Positions 41,491 through 54,135 are shown, counted from the whole stretch's first letter. The stretch is DNA of 63,169 nucleotides, filler included, from Octopus bimaculoides (GCF_001194135.2; 7 parts of 6 records of this genome joined end to end with filler, not necessarily neighbours in it); one strand, 5' to 3'. Numbers and translations: made by a program. Notes: generated by a model not told the origin, from the letters alone.

Positions 41491-43169
41491 AGCCATCCTT
41501 TCAATTTGTTTATATATATATATCTATATATTATTTCTTATTTGTAAAGTTGAGGAACTGTGTTGCTGAGCCGGAAAGGATTGCCGTTTTGATAGTTGAG
41601 AAATTTAAAAACATTGTATGTCTATAATGTAGCATATAGTGAGAGAGGCAGGGAGAGAGATAGAGTTACCTTTAATCCTTTTGGGGTCGATAAATTAAGT
41701 ACCAGTTGCATACTGGAGTCGATCTAATCGACTGGCTCCTCCCCCAAAATTTCAGGCCTTGTGCCAATAGTAGAAAGGAATATTATTGTAATGAGAGAGC
41801 ATCACATACCGTCAAAGTCAAAGTGGGTCACGAAGCTCAATATACCCATCATGACTACCCGTCTAATGAGTACACCAGGCACATAGATCATGACCATATG
41901 TGCACGACGTGACCTCATATCAAAATAAACAGTGCATGACCTTGCAAATTGGTTCTTTATATCGAGTTCATGAAGGTTACTTTCCGTTGAATGATTTCTT
42001 CATCTTTAAAGTTCTTTCATTCGCCTTTATACGGAATACTGTCATCGGGTACTCAATGTCAGACCCCAAAGTGATCGGAAGTTTAAAGAAAAAGGAACGG
42101 TGTTTTGTACGACTTAGTGGTACTTGACTTAAAAAGGATGTCAAAAGAGATTATTATTTGTTTGTTGTATTTTTTCAGCATGGTGAGTTTCGCTGAGACA
42201 AGACGCACCAATGGCACGACTAAATATAAAACCAAAAAGTAATCGTAACAGTTCAACATTTCATGAAAAAGAAATGAACCTACCATTGTAGTTTTACAGT
42301 GGACGGGAGGAGAAGTTGTAAGGTAAGACACCTGAAGTAAATATTCTTTGTCATAACAAAATATCCCTTCGCTCTTTTTAGGTTCACTTTTTTTTATTGG
42401 TACGCTCGACAAAATAGTATTGTTATGGATCAGGTTGACATGATTATAAGTATATCCTTCAAGTGAGTATAACCAAACTGCAATAGAGTGAACTAATATC
42501 AGCTTTAGATGCAGACAACGTTAACAAAATTTCATAAATTAATTTTAAATGTATGGTTTTACTGAGGCATTATATGTTATTGGGTTGACATAAATTCGTT
42601 GGATTTTCCATATATTTAAATCCTTTTCAATGTTATTTGAATTACCGCAAAATATTTTTATCGTAGTATTTTATAGGGAATTTTTTGTCGCTCTATTCTT
42701 CCTACACAACTTATATTTATTGTTTTTGAAATTTGAATAAGATTTTACAATTTTTTTTCAAAGTTATAACGATTGAGAGCCTAATAGGAAAACAGAAATA
42801 TAAAACGAACGAATTTATTTGAAAACATAATATTATAACATAAAAAGAGAATAAATATTTATTTGGTATATGCACTAGTACAATAAATTACATGAATTAT
42901 TTGATAAGCTATATATATATATAATATTAGGGACAAAATTCAAATTACAGGTAAAAACTCAAATAAAATCAATTTATAAAAAATTAAAATTAAATTGAGC
43001 TTTATAGATAAAATATATATAAAATATATAGTTTTAGGGAAAATAACCAAGTTTCAAGAACTAATCGATGAAAATCCACTATCACATATAGAAAAATTAA
43101 TATTTAAAAGCACAATAAATGAGTATAATATAAAGTAAAGTAAATATCATAAGATAAATATAATAAAAA

Positions 43170-43283
43170 GATTACACGTGTTTCATAACTAATTTTCAAA
43201 TAGAAAAGAAATTTAAATCGATTAAAATCAATTGAAATTATCGAAAATAAATTCTATTCAAAAATATAGCTACTCGTCAGATC
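43170..43283 (-). ncRNA. Hammerhead ribozyme motif with extended stem II
   Basis: rc = gau CUGACGA guagcua [long hairpin] uaguuau GAA ACACGUGU A auc: intact core, palindromic stem III, GUA triplet, 3-bp stem I. Confidence 0.65.
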
Positions 43284-43594
43284 GTAAGTAGAACAATAAT
43301 TAGATATATATCTCTCAACCAACAATAAGTACCAAATGAATTAATNNNNNNNNNNNNNNNNNNNNNNNNNNNNNNNNNNNNNNNNNNNNTTAATTAATTA
43401 ANNNNNNNNNNNNNNNNNNNNNNNNNNNNNNNNNNNNNNNNNNNNGTATATGTACATGTGTGTGTCTGTGCGCGCGCGTATATATATATATATATATATA
43501 TAAGAGAATGTACGAAAAAAAGCAACAACAGACGAGGACAGGTGGTGTAAACAACAAAAGGATGTATTAGTTTGACGCTCGGGAATGCAGAAAG

Positions 43595-43631
43595 TCTTTA
43601 ACGTTTCGAGCTACGCTCTTCAACAGAAAGA
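43595..43631 (-). ncRNA. Hammerhead-like motif with A6U core change
   Basis: rc = ucuuu CUGUUGA a gagc gua gcuc GAA ACGU U aaaga: perfect stems I and II, palindromic ACGU. Confidence 0.6.
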
Positions 43632-43873
43632 ATACGGAGAAAACAAGGAGAAAAACACGGAGAAAAAAAATTGAATGGTGTTTGGTCAACGATCTATCAT
43701 GGTGATTCAAAAGTCACCATACATAGGAAAAATGTATTTTTTAAAATAAGAAACAGTTAAATAAAAAAAAACTGTTTCTTATACAAAAATAAATTGTTCT
43801 TATGTATAGCGACTTTTGAATCTCCCTGTATATATGATAAACTTACTTAGAAATGGATGTGTGGCGTTCAATC

Positions 43874-43930
<57 letters not shown>

Positions 43931-44228
43931 TAATAATAATAATATATATATATATATGCTTATATACATACATATATGTAGATACTTACATATATATGTA
44001 TATACTTGTGCATATATGTGTACAGGACGTGATAAAAACTAAACATGAAACACGAAATACGAAAAAAATGGAATTATAACCTTTTTGCGAATAACGAAAG
44101 AAATGGAAAACAAGACAAGTAACATAAAGAACGACCCTTCATCAGTTGTCGACTGTTTATCTACTCCACATTTCGAGCAAATACCACAAGATGTGTCTTC
44201 GAGAAAACAGTTGCTCATATATATATAT

Positions 44229-44384
44229 GGAGTGGCTGTGTGGTAAGTAACTTGCTTACCAGCCACATGGTCCCGGGTTCAGTCCCATTGCGTGGCATCT
44301 TGGGCAAGTGTCTTCTACTATAGCCTCGGGCCGACCAAAGCCTTGTGAGTGGATTTGGTAGATGGAAACTGAAAGAAGCCTGTC

Positions 44385-44450
<66 letters not shown>

Positions 44451-44660
44451 TTGTATGTCTGTGTTTGTCCTCCCAACATCGCTTGACAACCGATGCTGGT
44501 GTGTTTATGTCCCCGTAACTTAGCGGTTCGGCAAAAGAGACTGATAGTATAAGTACTAGGCTTCCAAAGAATAAGTCCTGGGGTCGATTTGCTCGACTAA
44601 AGGCGGTGCTCCAGCATGGCCATAGTCAAAAGACTGAAACAAGTAAAAGAGTAAAAGAGT
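44229..44660 (+). mobile_element. SINE family B, full-length reference copy with internal (TA)n
   Basis: Head ggagtggctgtgtggtaag...ccgggttcagtccc, internal (TA)n at about 44387-44441, tail aaggcggtgctccagcatggcc...aagtaaaagagt. Confidence 0.9.
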
Positions 44661-44831
44661 ATATACACTTTAAACAGAATCCTTGATTCAATAACACTGT
44701 GTATAAACTCTGTATTTGTAATGACCAATTTCAAAGACTATCTATCATTTAAATAGATACGAGCATGTCTAGATATGCTAGTATATGCATGAGAATACAT
44801 ACATAAAACAAAACATACAAATCTACACGAA

Positions 44832-44862
<31 letters not shown>

Positions 44863-44989
44863 TCTGTTGTTGATGTTGAAATTCCAGTGTAGGAGCCTTG
44901 GATCTTAGTTAGAGACCAGCTCTTTTTCTATTGGCAAGAAATCTTGACATAAACTGAATAATGACATGCATTCACACACGCACATATAT

Positions 44990-45250
44990 ATTAGGTTGGA
45001 AAAGAATTCCTTCGCATTTTAAACATGGTCACTTTGAGGGAAAAGATTATGGCTCTATCTGATTATCATCTTTTCAGATCAGTTGAACATTATTTAGAGA
45101 AATAAAAAAAACAGTTTATTAATTATGGAGAGATTAAAGATTATATTGAGTATTTCTTTGTCTGGGAGACCTAAATAAATTTACGACCGAGGGATCAACA
45201 ACATGATAGATACAGGTGATCAATAATGAGGGGAAGTATATCAATTAAGA
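44990..45250 (+). pseudogene. Mariner transposase C-terminal relic
   Basis: ALSDYHLFRSVEHYL resembles the mariner motif DLAPSDYHLF; preceded by a tattaggttgg TIR-like start. Confidence 0.6.
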
Positions 45251-45349
45251 CAAAAAAAGCATTTATTCCGTTTCCATCTTACAACGGCATAGGACTTTCT
45301 TGACAACATCTCTCCCTCCCTCCCTCCCTCCCTCCATCTATCCATCCAA

Positions 45350-46470
45350 CGCTCCCTCCATCCGTCTTCGCCGCCCACTATTCCCGGGTAGGGGTAGAGT
45401 CCTCAGGTATCTTACCCGTAGGGTCCTATCAGAAGCGACAATCATTACACTCTCTGACTGGATTCTCAAACGTGACTAACTGAGACAATGGGTATTATTC
45501 AACCATTTCGTTCTTGGTCTACTCATTGGTCTCTTTCCGCTTGACTGGGCTTGAAGAATCCGTCTTGCGATTATTTCTTGAGCATTCTAATCATATGTCT
45601 GTTGTACCAGAGCTGTGATCTCTCAATGCCGAGAAGTAGCGCTTCGAATTGGGGAGACTCGCTGATCTCCGGGCTTTGAACCTTGTCGAGTAAGTTTATT
45701 CCAGAAAATTTTCGGAAGGACCCCATTGTGGCCGCTTATATCCTTGATCGTATTTTAAGACCGTAGGTGAGGATAGACACGAAAATTGAAGTGAAGGTAG
45801 CAATCTAAGGATCGAATGCCGGAGCTGGCGCAAGAACTTGCAATTCTAGCATCCAATTCAGTCTCCTGGTTTCCATCACTCGTGAATATGGCTCCGAGGT
45901 ACTTAAACTTCTCTACTTGTTTCAATGAAGGTCTACAAAAATTCAGAATGCACTGGGAAGACGTTCTTGATGGGACCAATGTCTCAATCTTCGCAACAGT
46001 AATTCCTCTTTGCCTTGTAGCAATCGGCAGCGAAGCCATTCATTGCATGGTGGATATCACTTTCTGATGAACCAAGTTGCGTTTTGTTGCTTACAAATAC
46101 CAGGTCCTACACCCACCAATTATGATACCACATCCACAGCGGCTGCACATATCATTCAGGCTCATAAAAATTGAAGTGACTTCGTCAAGAAAGAACTTGT
46201 ATTTGGCTTCGCTGCTTGGTGCATAGACTGGCAACAGTCACAGCGGCCCTTCCTTCAGCTTAAACTGCAGGAGGTAAACCCTCTTACCTCGTGGAATCCA
46301 CTGCATAACACAGTCCGACAGTCGGGACCTTACGAGTATCCCCGCTCCTGTCTGTGCAGACATAGCTGGTACCACACCTGAACAGTGGAGTTTCCATCTG
46401 CCATCAAAATCTACGGTACAAGAGGCATGGAAACATCGACTATAGTAGGATTTGACCCCCTGCATTATTT
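45350..46470 (-). pseudogene. RTE-clade LINE relic, endonuclease fused to RT C-terminus (internal deletion)
   Basis: WKLHCSGVVPAMSAQTGAGIL and VYAPSSEAKYKFFLDEV (APE), then directly the post-YADD region and LKQVEKFKYLGAIFTSDGNQETELDARIA (RT). Confidence 0.8.
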
Positions 46471-46781
46471 CCTACTTTTTACCTGTAAAGGTTGTAACAT
46501 TCCAGTTTGCAATCACTAACGCTTGTTTCCTCCTGGAAACGCTTCAGTGTCCTGAGAGTGCTTCCTTTGTGCTTCCACACCACATCTCTGAGAACAAGCT
46601 ACAGGCTTATTACAGATTGTACTGGCATTGGATGGAGACTGCAATGTAGTTTTCAAAAGGGATCCCGTCGCGGTGTGGTTACTCTTTTGAACTTTTTTCA
46701 CATTGCGCAGTTTCTGGTGGCCTTATTAGCTCCATGCACAAAGCTGGTATTTATACTGGATCCTGGAAAACCTAGTACATG

Positions 46782-46848
<67 letters not shown>

Positions 46849-47433
46849 GTCTGTCTGTCTGTCTGTCTGTCCAGATGTACACGCATATTTATCTATATTT
46901 TTATAACTGTGTGTACGCGTTTATGTGTCTGTGTTTCTGTACCACTGCCATCACCATCNNNNNNNNNNNNNNNNNNNNNNNNNNNNNNNNNNNNNNNNNN
47001 NNNNNNNNNNNNNNNNNNNNNNNNNNNNNNNNNNNNNNNNNNNNNNNNNNNNNNNNNNNNNNNNNNNNNNNNNNNNNNNNNNNNNNNNNNNNNNNNNNNN
47101 NNNNNNNNNNNATGATATTCATCTTCCAACACCACTTAACAAATACGAAGGATTGGTCTAAACGTCAGACTTCTTTACTTCCCCAGTCTTTAAATAATTT
47201 ATTCTAATGTTTGAAGAACTGGGAAATGCAGACTGGATTACACTACGCTACCTTTTTAGGTTTTACATGTTTCACTCATTGAACTGCGGCCATTCTGGGG
47301 CACCGCCTTGAAAGGTTTTTGGTCAGATGATTCGGCCCAGCTACTTACTTTTTAAAACCTGGTACTTATTCTGTCAGCCTCTTAGCTGAACTGCTAAGGG
47401 GAAGTAAACAAACCAACATATATATATATATAT

Positions 47434-48354
47434 CTACAAGACCCCTTTCGTCAGTTTTCCCGGGCGTTTAGTCTCGATAGCTTTTCGTAATTGTTTCAGC
47501 AAGTGGGCATAGCACTCTCCATAGATGGTGTGACCCTTTTGAAGATAAACACAATACACACAATGCTTTTGCGTCCTCAACAAACTGAGACCTTCCCTGC
47601 AGATGAACGACCTTGGCCTTCTTTGGAGCGGGGTTGGGGAAGGGGTGTTTCCACTGCATGGATTGTCTTTTTGTTTCTGGCTCAAAGTGATGAACCAACC
47701 GCTCATCTTGGATGAGGAAGCGTTCATGGAAACCAGCTGGATCTGTCTCAAAGTCAGATTTTCCTGTGACGTGATCAGCCTGGTGCGATTTTGATCTGGT
47801 GCCAGAAGACATGGCACCCACCGAACATAAATCTTCGTCATGCCAAGTTCATTGTGCAGAATATTCTCAACTCTCTCACAGGATATACTGATAGCATTGG
47901 CTGTCTGATTTATAGTCAGTCGTCTGCCTTCCATCATCATTTGGGGAACACGGTCAATGTTTTTCTCGCTGATGGCAGTTGCAGGATGTCCAGACCTTGA
48001 GTCGTCTCCAAGACTCTTCCTTCTCTTCTCAAATTCAACTTCCAATTTTTGCCTTCTTGATAAAGCTCGAACATCATTCTAGAATGTAGCAACCATGTCT
48101 GCATGTATGTTCTTGGAGGCTAAACCATTTTTCTGCATGTACTTGATAACACCACGACGCCAAATTCTGTCCATTTTCAAGAGAAATCGTTGCTAGTTAC
48201 TTTTGAAGTCTCTTTTGAACAGTCAGATGTCAGTTCACCTGGAAAGAAACAACGCAATTATCAATAAGAGTTGAAATTAATGCATGCAAGATTTCACAGC
48301 TTTAGCACCACTCCTTCAGCGTCAGCCTATGAACTTTCCAACCTCACCCTCATA
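47434..48354 (-). pseudogene. Mariner (DD34D) transposon: 5' TIR plus frameshifted, 3'-truncated transposase
   Basis: TA plus terminus at 48354; ATG at 48174 (MDRIWRRGVIKYMQK); DDSRSGHP, RWVP, QDERLVHHFEPETKRQSMQWKHP, YLQKGHTIYGECYA, KRPGKLTKGVL; ends just before the second catalytic D. Confidence 0.9.
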
Positions 48355-48405
48355 TTAGAAGCCGAAGCTTCAGAAATCTGAAGTAAGCTGTGAGGCATGT
48401 ATTAT

Positions 48406-48585
48406 ATCCACTGTCTCCACCAGTCTCCAGTCTCCACAGTCTCCACCAGTCTCCACAGTCTCCATCAGTCTCCACAGTCTCCACCAGTCTCCACCAGTCT
48501 CCACCAGTCTCCACTGTCTCCACCAGTCTCCACAGTCTCCACCAGTCTCCACCAGTCTCCACCAGTCTCCACAGTTTCCACCAGT
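48406..48585. repeat. Mixed 9/10-bp minisatellite (c)cagtctccac
   Basis: Directly visible tandem array; source of the WRLVETGGD ORFs. Confidence 0.9.
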
Positions 48586-50711
48586 TGTGTCACTCAGTGT
48601 GGTGAACCAAAGCGAGGCTAGCAAGCCGAGCAAACGTAGCAAGCCTAACGACATCTCAACCAGGACGGGCTTCCTCCTTTGTTTTGTTTTTTACTGATGA
48701 AATTGTATTAACATCCTGATATTCTGTTTCGCTTGGTTATGGTATTAATCCACGATAAACACCGTTTATCATAGAAACTGTTACAGATACTCGTAGCTAA
48801 TGCAGTTCATAACAAAACATTATGATTTGGCTATAATTCTAAATGGACTATTTAATTTTGAATTAATTTATTATGTTTGATGCGTCACCTGAGAACAATA
48901 ATGCATTCTTTCAGTGACATTTTAAAACTACGCATGAATGTTTAAAAAGAACGTGCAATGACTTCATTGTAAATTGTTAATTTTCCCATTTTCAAAAAAA
49001 AAAAAAAAGATTGATAACTCGTTTCAATTCATGATCCAATAAAAAACAAAACTAACCTGAAACTAAAATATAATTATGTAATTCTTTGGTGATTGAAAAA
49101 AGCATAAATAATTCAAATGCATATCGTACACAAAACACGCCCACACAAGCAAACCCACCCACACACACGCGCACGCACGCACGCACGCACACACACACTA
49201 ACATGTACGCAGCAAATACACGCACACACATCAATACACATGCGTATGCATGTCTATGCGTGTGTATGTGTAGTTTATGAAAACAATTATTTTTATCGCG
49301 TCTAAAGTTTCACGACACAGTAATCTTCAGGCGAGAACTGTTTTTCTTTGGTACTCAGGATGCGCTTTGTACATTGAAATCGGTTCATTCTTTTGTCTAT
49401 GGCTATCGTTCAAGTTGGATGGTTTCTTATGTTGTTTTTTTTTTTTTTCCGCATGGTTATCTCTGGTTGCCGTCATTTTATTTGCCGATAAGTTGGTTGT
49501 ACTGCAATTTTATTAATCAGCTCCACTATCAGTTTTGTTTTGTACGGAATTTAACAGAATCTGTTATCTTGAACTCGTTTTCCTGATATGACATTGTATA
49601 TCGTTTTCTATTAATCAAATCTGTAGTCAATCAATCATTCTTATCAATTACATCCTGTTTTGCTAATCTGTATCACTATTCCTACCGTTATTTATATGTT
49701 CAACGCTCATTTATATAAGCTGATTCAGCAGTTCGCCTATGTCTATGTGTCTTTTCATTACACTACTTTGCTAAAATTGTCGCTCTGCCTACTTTCGAAA
49801 TTCTTAGGAGTGGCTGTGTGGAAAGTAGCTTGCTTACCATCCACATGGTTCCGGGNNNNNNNNNNNNNNNNNNNNNNNNNNNNNNNNNNNNNNNNNNNNN
49901 NNNNNNNNNNNNNNNNNNNNNNNNNNNNNNNNNNNNNNNNNNNNNNNNNNNNNNNNNNNNNNNNNNNNNNNNNNNNNNNNNNNNNNNNNNNNNNNNNNNN
50001 NNNNNNNNNNNNNNNNNNNNNNNNNNNNNNNNNNNNNNNNNNNNNNNNNNNNNNNNNNNNNNNNNNNNNNNNNNNNNNNNNNNNNNNNNNNNNNNNNNNN
50101 NNNNNNNNNNNNNNNNNNNNNNNNNNNNNNNNNNNNNNNNNNNNNNNNNNNNNNNNNNNNNNNNNNNNNNNNNNNNNNNNNNNNNNNNNNNNNNNNNNNN
50201 NNNNNNNNNNNNNNNNNNNNNNNNNNNNNNNNNNNNNNNNNNNNNNNNNNNNNNNNNNNNNNNNNNNNNNNNNNNNNNNNNNNNNNNNNNNNNNNNNNNN
50301 NNNNNNNNNNNNNNNNNNNNNNNNNNNNNNNNNNNNNNNNNNNNNNNNNNNNNNNNNNNNNNNNNNNNNNNNNNNNNNNNNNNNNNNNNNNNNNNNNNNN
50401 NNNNNNNNNNNNNNNNNNNNNNNNNNNNNNNNNNNNNNNNNNNNNNNNNNNNNNNNNNNNNNNNNNNNNNNNNNNNNNNNNNNNNNNNNNNNNNNNNNNN
50501 NNNNNNNNNNNNNNNNNNNNNNNNNNNNNNNNNNNNNNNNNNNNNNNNNNNNNNNNNNNNNNNNNNNNNNNNNNNNNNNNNNNNNNNNNNNNNNNNNNNN
50601 NNNNNNNNNNNNNNNNNNNNNNNNNNNNNNNNNNNNNNNNNNNNNNNNNNNNNNNNNNNNNNNNNNNNNNNNNNNNNNNNNNNNNNNNNNNNNNNNNNNN
50701 NNNNNNNNNNN

Positions 50712-50780
<69 letters not shown>

Positions 50781-51177
50781 TTTATAAACAAACCCGAAAG
50801 GGTTTGCAAGTCATTTGTTTATATTTAAAATTTGCCGCTTCAAATCGGAGAATAAATATCATTATGATATATATTATACAGTTATTACACAGTTATACTA
50901 TGAGTCTTCCGTAGTAGCTTTCTCTCCGTAACTTGCAAAGCCTTTCGGTTATCTTTTTAATAAAAATATTATTTATGTAGTATCAAGACAATTAAAGTAT
51001 ATATTAACTAAATATGACTGAAATTGAGAGGTGAGCATTTGGCCAATCAGATTCGCAAGGAGCTATGTAAGCGTCTATTTATGAGTTCGATTCAGCCTGA
51101 GGTTGGCTCATCATTTTTCAGTCAATTGTTTATTTTAAAAAAACTGTCGCTTCAAATCTGAGAATAAACGTTAGGAC

Positions 51178-51360
51178 CCCGGGGGAAATGCTTAGCGGTA
51201 GTTCGTCTGTCTTTACGTCCTTGACTTCAAATTCCGCGGGGGTCGACTTTGCCTTTCATCCTTTCGGGGTCAATAGATTGAGTACCCGTTGCATACTGGG
51301 TCGATCTAATCGACTGGCCCCCTCCCCCAAAATTTCGGTCCTTGTGCCTAGAGTAGAAAA
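51178..51360 (+). mobile_element. SINE family C, 5'-truncated
   Basis: gaaatgcttagcggta...gtcgactttgcctttcatcctttcggggtc. Confidence 0.8.
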
Positions 51361-51408
51361 GGATATATATTATACAGTTATTATATATTCATACATTCAT
51401 TCATACAT

Positions 51409-51448
<40 letters not shown>

Positions 51449-51599
51449 GTGCGTGTGTGTGTGTGTCTGTATTTGTCTCCCCCCCTCATATATTCTTATA
51501 CATATATGCTGACGACACAACTTTAAAAGTTGGACGACTTACGTAAATAATATAATGTATGAAAATAAATGGTGCGAATTGCAATATTCTGTCATCATT

Positions 51600-52000
51600 T
51601 TTCGCTAGTTTAGTACCAAATGAATAAGACGTGAAAACCTTGGTCGCACTGGAATTTATAGCATTTGGAAGACTAAGGAACACGGTTTGGAAGAGGCGGG
51701 TTATCATCTGGTGATGCAAGTTAGACTGTACAACGTCTTTAGGTTCCCTATAGAAATCTATGCCTCCGAATCGTGAACACTAAAAATCGAAGATAAATAC
51801 AGACTAGAGGTTCTTGAAATGCAACGTTCGCAGTCTTCAAGCGACATACACTGTTACAGAGATAACAAGAAGAAAGCGACTGGAATAATTCGGCCATGTT
51901 AATAAGAAGGTCGCTAGTAACTATGGGGTGTTGGCGTTCAGTTAAGACTTTCCAAACTTCTGACCACGTAGTAAACCGTTTAAAAAGTGAGTCTCTAAGG
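51600..52000 (+). pseudogene. RTE-type LINE RT 3' relic
   Basis: KVRLYNVF..IYASES-stop-TLKIEDKYRLEVLEMQR and ITRRKRLE-stop-FGH match the RTE thumb pattern. Confidence 0.6.
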
Positions 52001-52199
52001 TCAGTAAACAGACAGGGTTACAACAAAGGTACTCAGAAGTTAAAGATTCAGTAAAGACCAAGTAATAAAGTTATTACTCTGTGTGTGNNNNNNNNNNNNN
52101 NNNNNNNNNNNNNNNNNNNNNNNNNNNNNNNTTAATTAATTAANNNNNNNNNNNNNNNNNNNNNNNNNNNNNNNNNNNNNNNNNNNNCATGTGTGTGTG

Positions 52200-53420
52200 T
52201 GGTGTAGTTAAAAAATCGTATGTTATACACCTGGTAGTTTGCGGGTAGAGCACGTTTATTAAACAAAAAATTTAATAAAATGGTTTCATTCGAACAAAGT
52301 TGGGTTTTTGACTCGTTTAAAAGAAAAGCTGTCCTCTACATAGACCAAAGCCAGCGGTGTTACTGCCCCCGCGTCAGTTCTGTTCCCACCAGTGCCACTT
52401 GTGTCACGAAGATGGACGTTACCTTCACTAGCACCAACTCTGCACTAACATCCACCACCGCCGATTTCAGTTGGATTACACAAAGGAGGATGGAAAGAAT
52501 GGTTTTGATGTCAGTAGGGGTAGTTTTGATAGAGTCAAATTATGTGAATTAGTAAATTTAGTAACTTATTCAATGGTATTAGCGTAGGCCTGTACAGGGA
52601 TGATGGGTTCATGATTAAGAACAGCATGAGAGGAGGGTATACGTTCGACACCATCATGAAATAAATAACTGTAATAAATTCAAGAAATTCAGCCCGGTAG
52701 AGACGAACGAAAGGAAGATTCCGGTCGTAATTCCAGGATGCCACGCTTAAACTAAACTCGAAACCCTATGAGCCTTTCAAGACATCAAATAGCATCGAAT
52801 TGTACATTCACGTCGAATCCACCGAACGTCATCAAACATTTGCCAATGAACTTCAGCAAGAAGATGTGGTTCATCCTCCGACGAAACCATCTTCAACAAA
52901 GCTGTCGTGTGTGATAGCGAGATAGCGTTACTTAGCCAATACTGAGAAAGAACGGGATACGGGCTAACAACGTCCAGCAACTACGGGAATTTTTATATAG
53001 TATAATTCATAATGTACCATTAGCATTAAAAAAAAAACTATGCTGCAAAAGATTTAATCTTCGCAATGAAGAAACATTTCTCAAACGGTAATAAATTCCA
53101 AAGCTGAGTGAGAAATATCTGTATGAAAAGCATGCCTATCATCACAAAGAGCCAAAATGAAGAATATCACATCAGAAACAAAAGTGATGAAAAGGGAAGC
53201 GACATGCAATTTCAGAAGTAAAGATCGTTGCTTAGTGAAATTCGTTGCATACAGAATTAGGATATCTATCAGCTATACATCAACAAACTACGTAGGGCTT
53301 ACAGAGAACTCTTTCAAAAGTCGCTTCTATCAACACAGCATCTTCTTACGTCAATATCGAAAAAAATGAAATAAAACAAAATTTATTTGGTTCATCGTTT
53401 TAGTAAATCTACCTACATCT
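52200..53420 (+). pseudogene. Penelope-like element, degenerate RT plus GIY-YIG endonuclease
   Basis: FDVSRGSFD..LCELV, GLYRDDG (RT catalytic motif), YIHVES, then CNFRSKDRCL and YVGLTENSFKSRFYQH (GIY-YIG); many stops and frameshifts. Confidence 0.8.
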
Positions 53421-53626
53421 GCATTACTGCAAAATTAGTACAGTTGTACTCACTTTGAATGTTTGCACAAAATCCTTTCAAGTGAGGATATATGTGGAGG
53501 CATATGTGTGTGTGTGTGTGTGTAAGTATCTCTTATTTCTAGCAATGTAGGTGCCTCGGCATCCTTAGTTACACTTAGTGACGATTGAATCATTCGGCTG
53601 TTTATATATATAAGCTTAAAGCTTAT

Positions 53627-53775
53627 GGCGACCACCGTGCAATGACTAAGGAAAACAGTCTAATAAAGGGACATATAAGCGCTCGACAGAAAAAAGAAGG
53701 CTTTCCTATCCGCTGTCGCGGGTTTATATGTCTTTTTATTAGACTGTTTTCCTTAGTCATCGCACGGTGGTCGCC
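53627..53775. mobile_element. Near-perfect hairpin / MITE, about 52-bp arms, right end at a gap
   Basis: ggcgaccaccgtgcaatgactaaggaaaacagtctaataaa...catataa pairs with ttatatg...tttattagactgttttccttagtcatcgcacggtggtcgcc. Confidence 0.85.
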
Positions 53776-53936
53776 NNNNNNNNNNNNNNNNNNNNNNNNN
53801 NNNNNNNNNNNNNNNNNNNNNNNNNNNNNNNNNNNNNNNNNNNNNNNNNNNNNNNNNNNNNNNNNNNNNNNNNNNNNNNNNNNNNNNNNNNNNNNNNNNN
53901 NNNNNNNNNNNNNNNNNNNNNNNNNNNATGCATATG

Positions 53937-53984
<48 letters not shown>

Positions 53985-53988
<4 letters not shown>

Positions 53989-54130
53989 CGACGGACTTCT
54001 TTCAGTTTCCGTCTACCAAATCCACTCACTAGGCTTTGGTCAGCCCGAGGCTATACTAGAAGACTCTTGCCCAAGGTGCCACGTAGTGGGACTGAACTCG
54101 GAACCATGTTGTTGGGAAGCAACCTTCTTA

Positions 54131-54135
<5 letters not shown>
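53985..54135 (-). mobile_element. SINE family B, 5' half
   Basis: Reverse complement of the 44229 head region. Confidence 0.8.

Noticed and set aside
44136-44216. CUGAUGAA plus an upstream gagcaa/uugcuc-GAAAUGU on the minus strand
   Set aside because: The two halves are in the wrong order for a single type I hammerhead and H17 would be G. It may be remnants of a tandem pair disrupted by the SINE at 44229, but this is not supportable.
48406-48585. Regular short repeats as a possible CRISPR-like array
   Set aside because: The units are contiguous with no unique spacers, in a eukaryotic context: an ordinary minisatellite.
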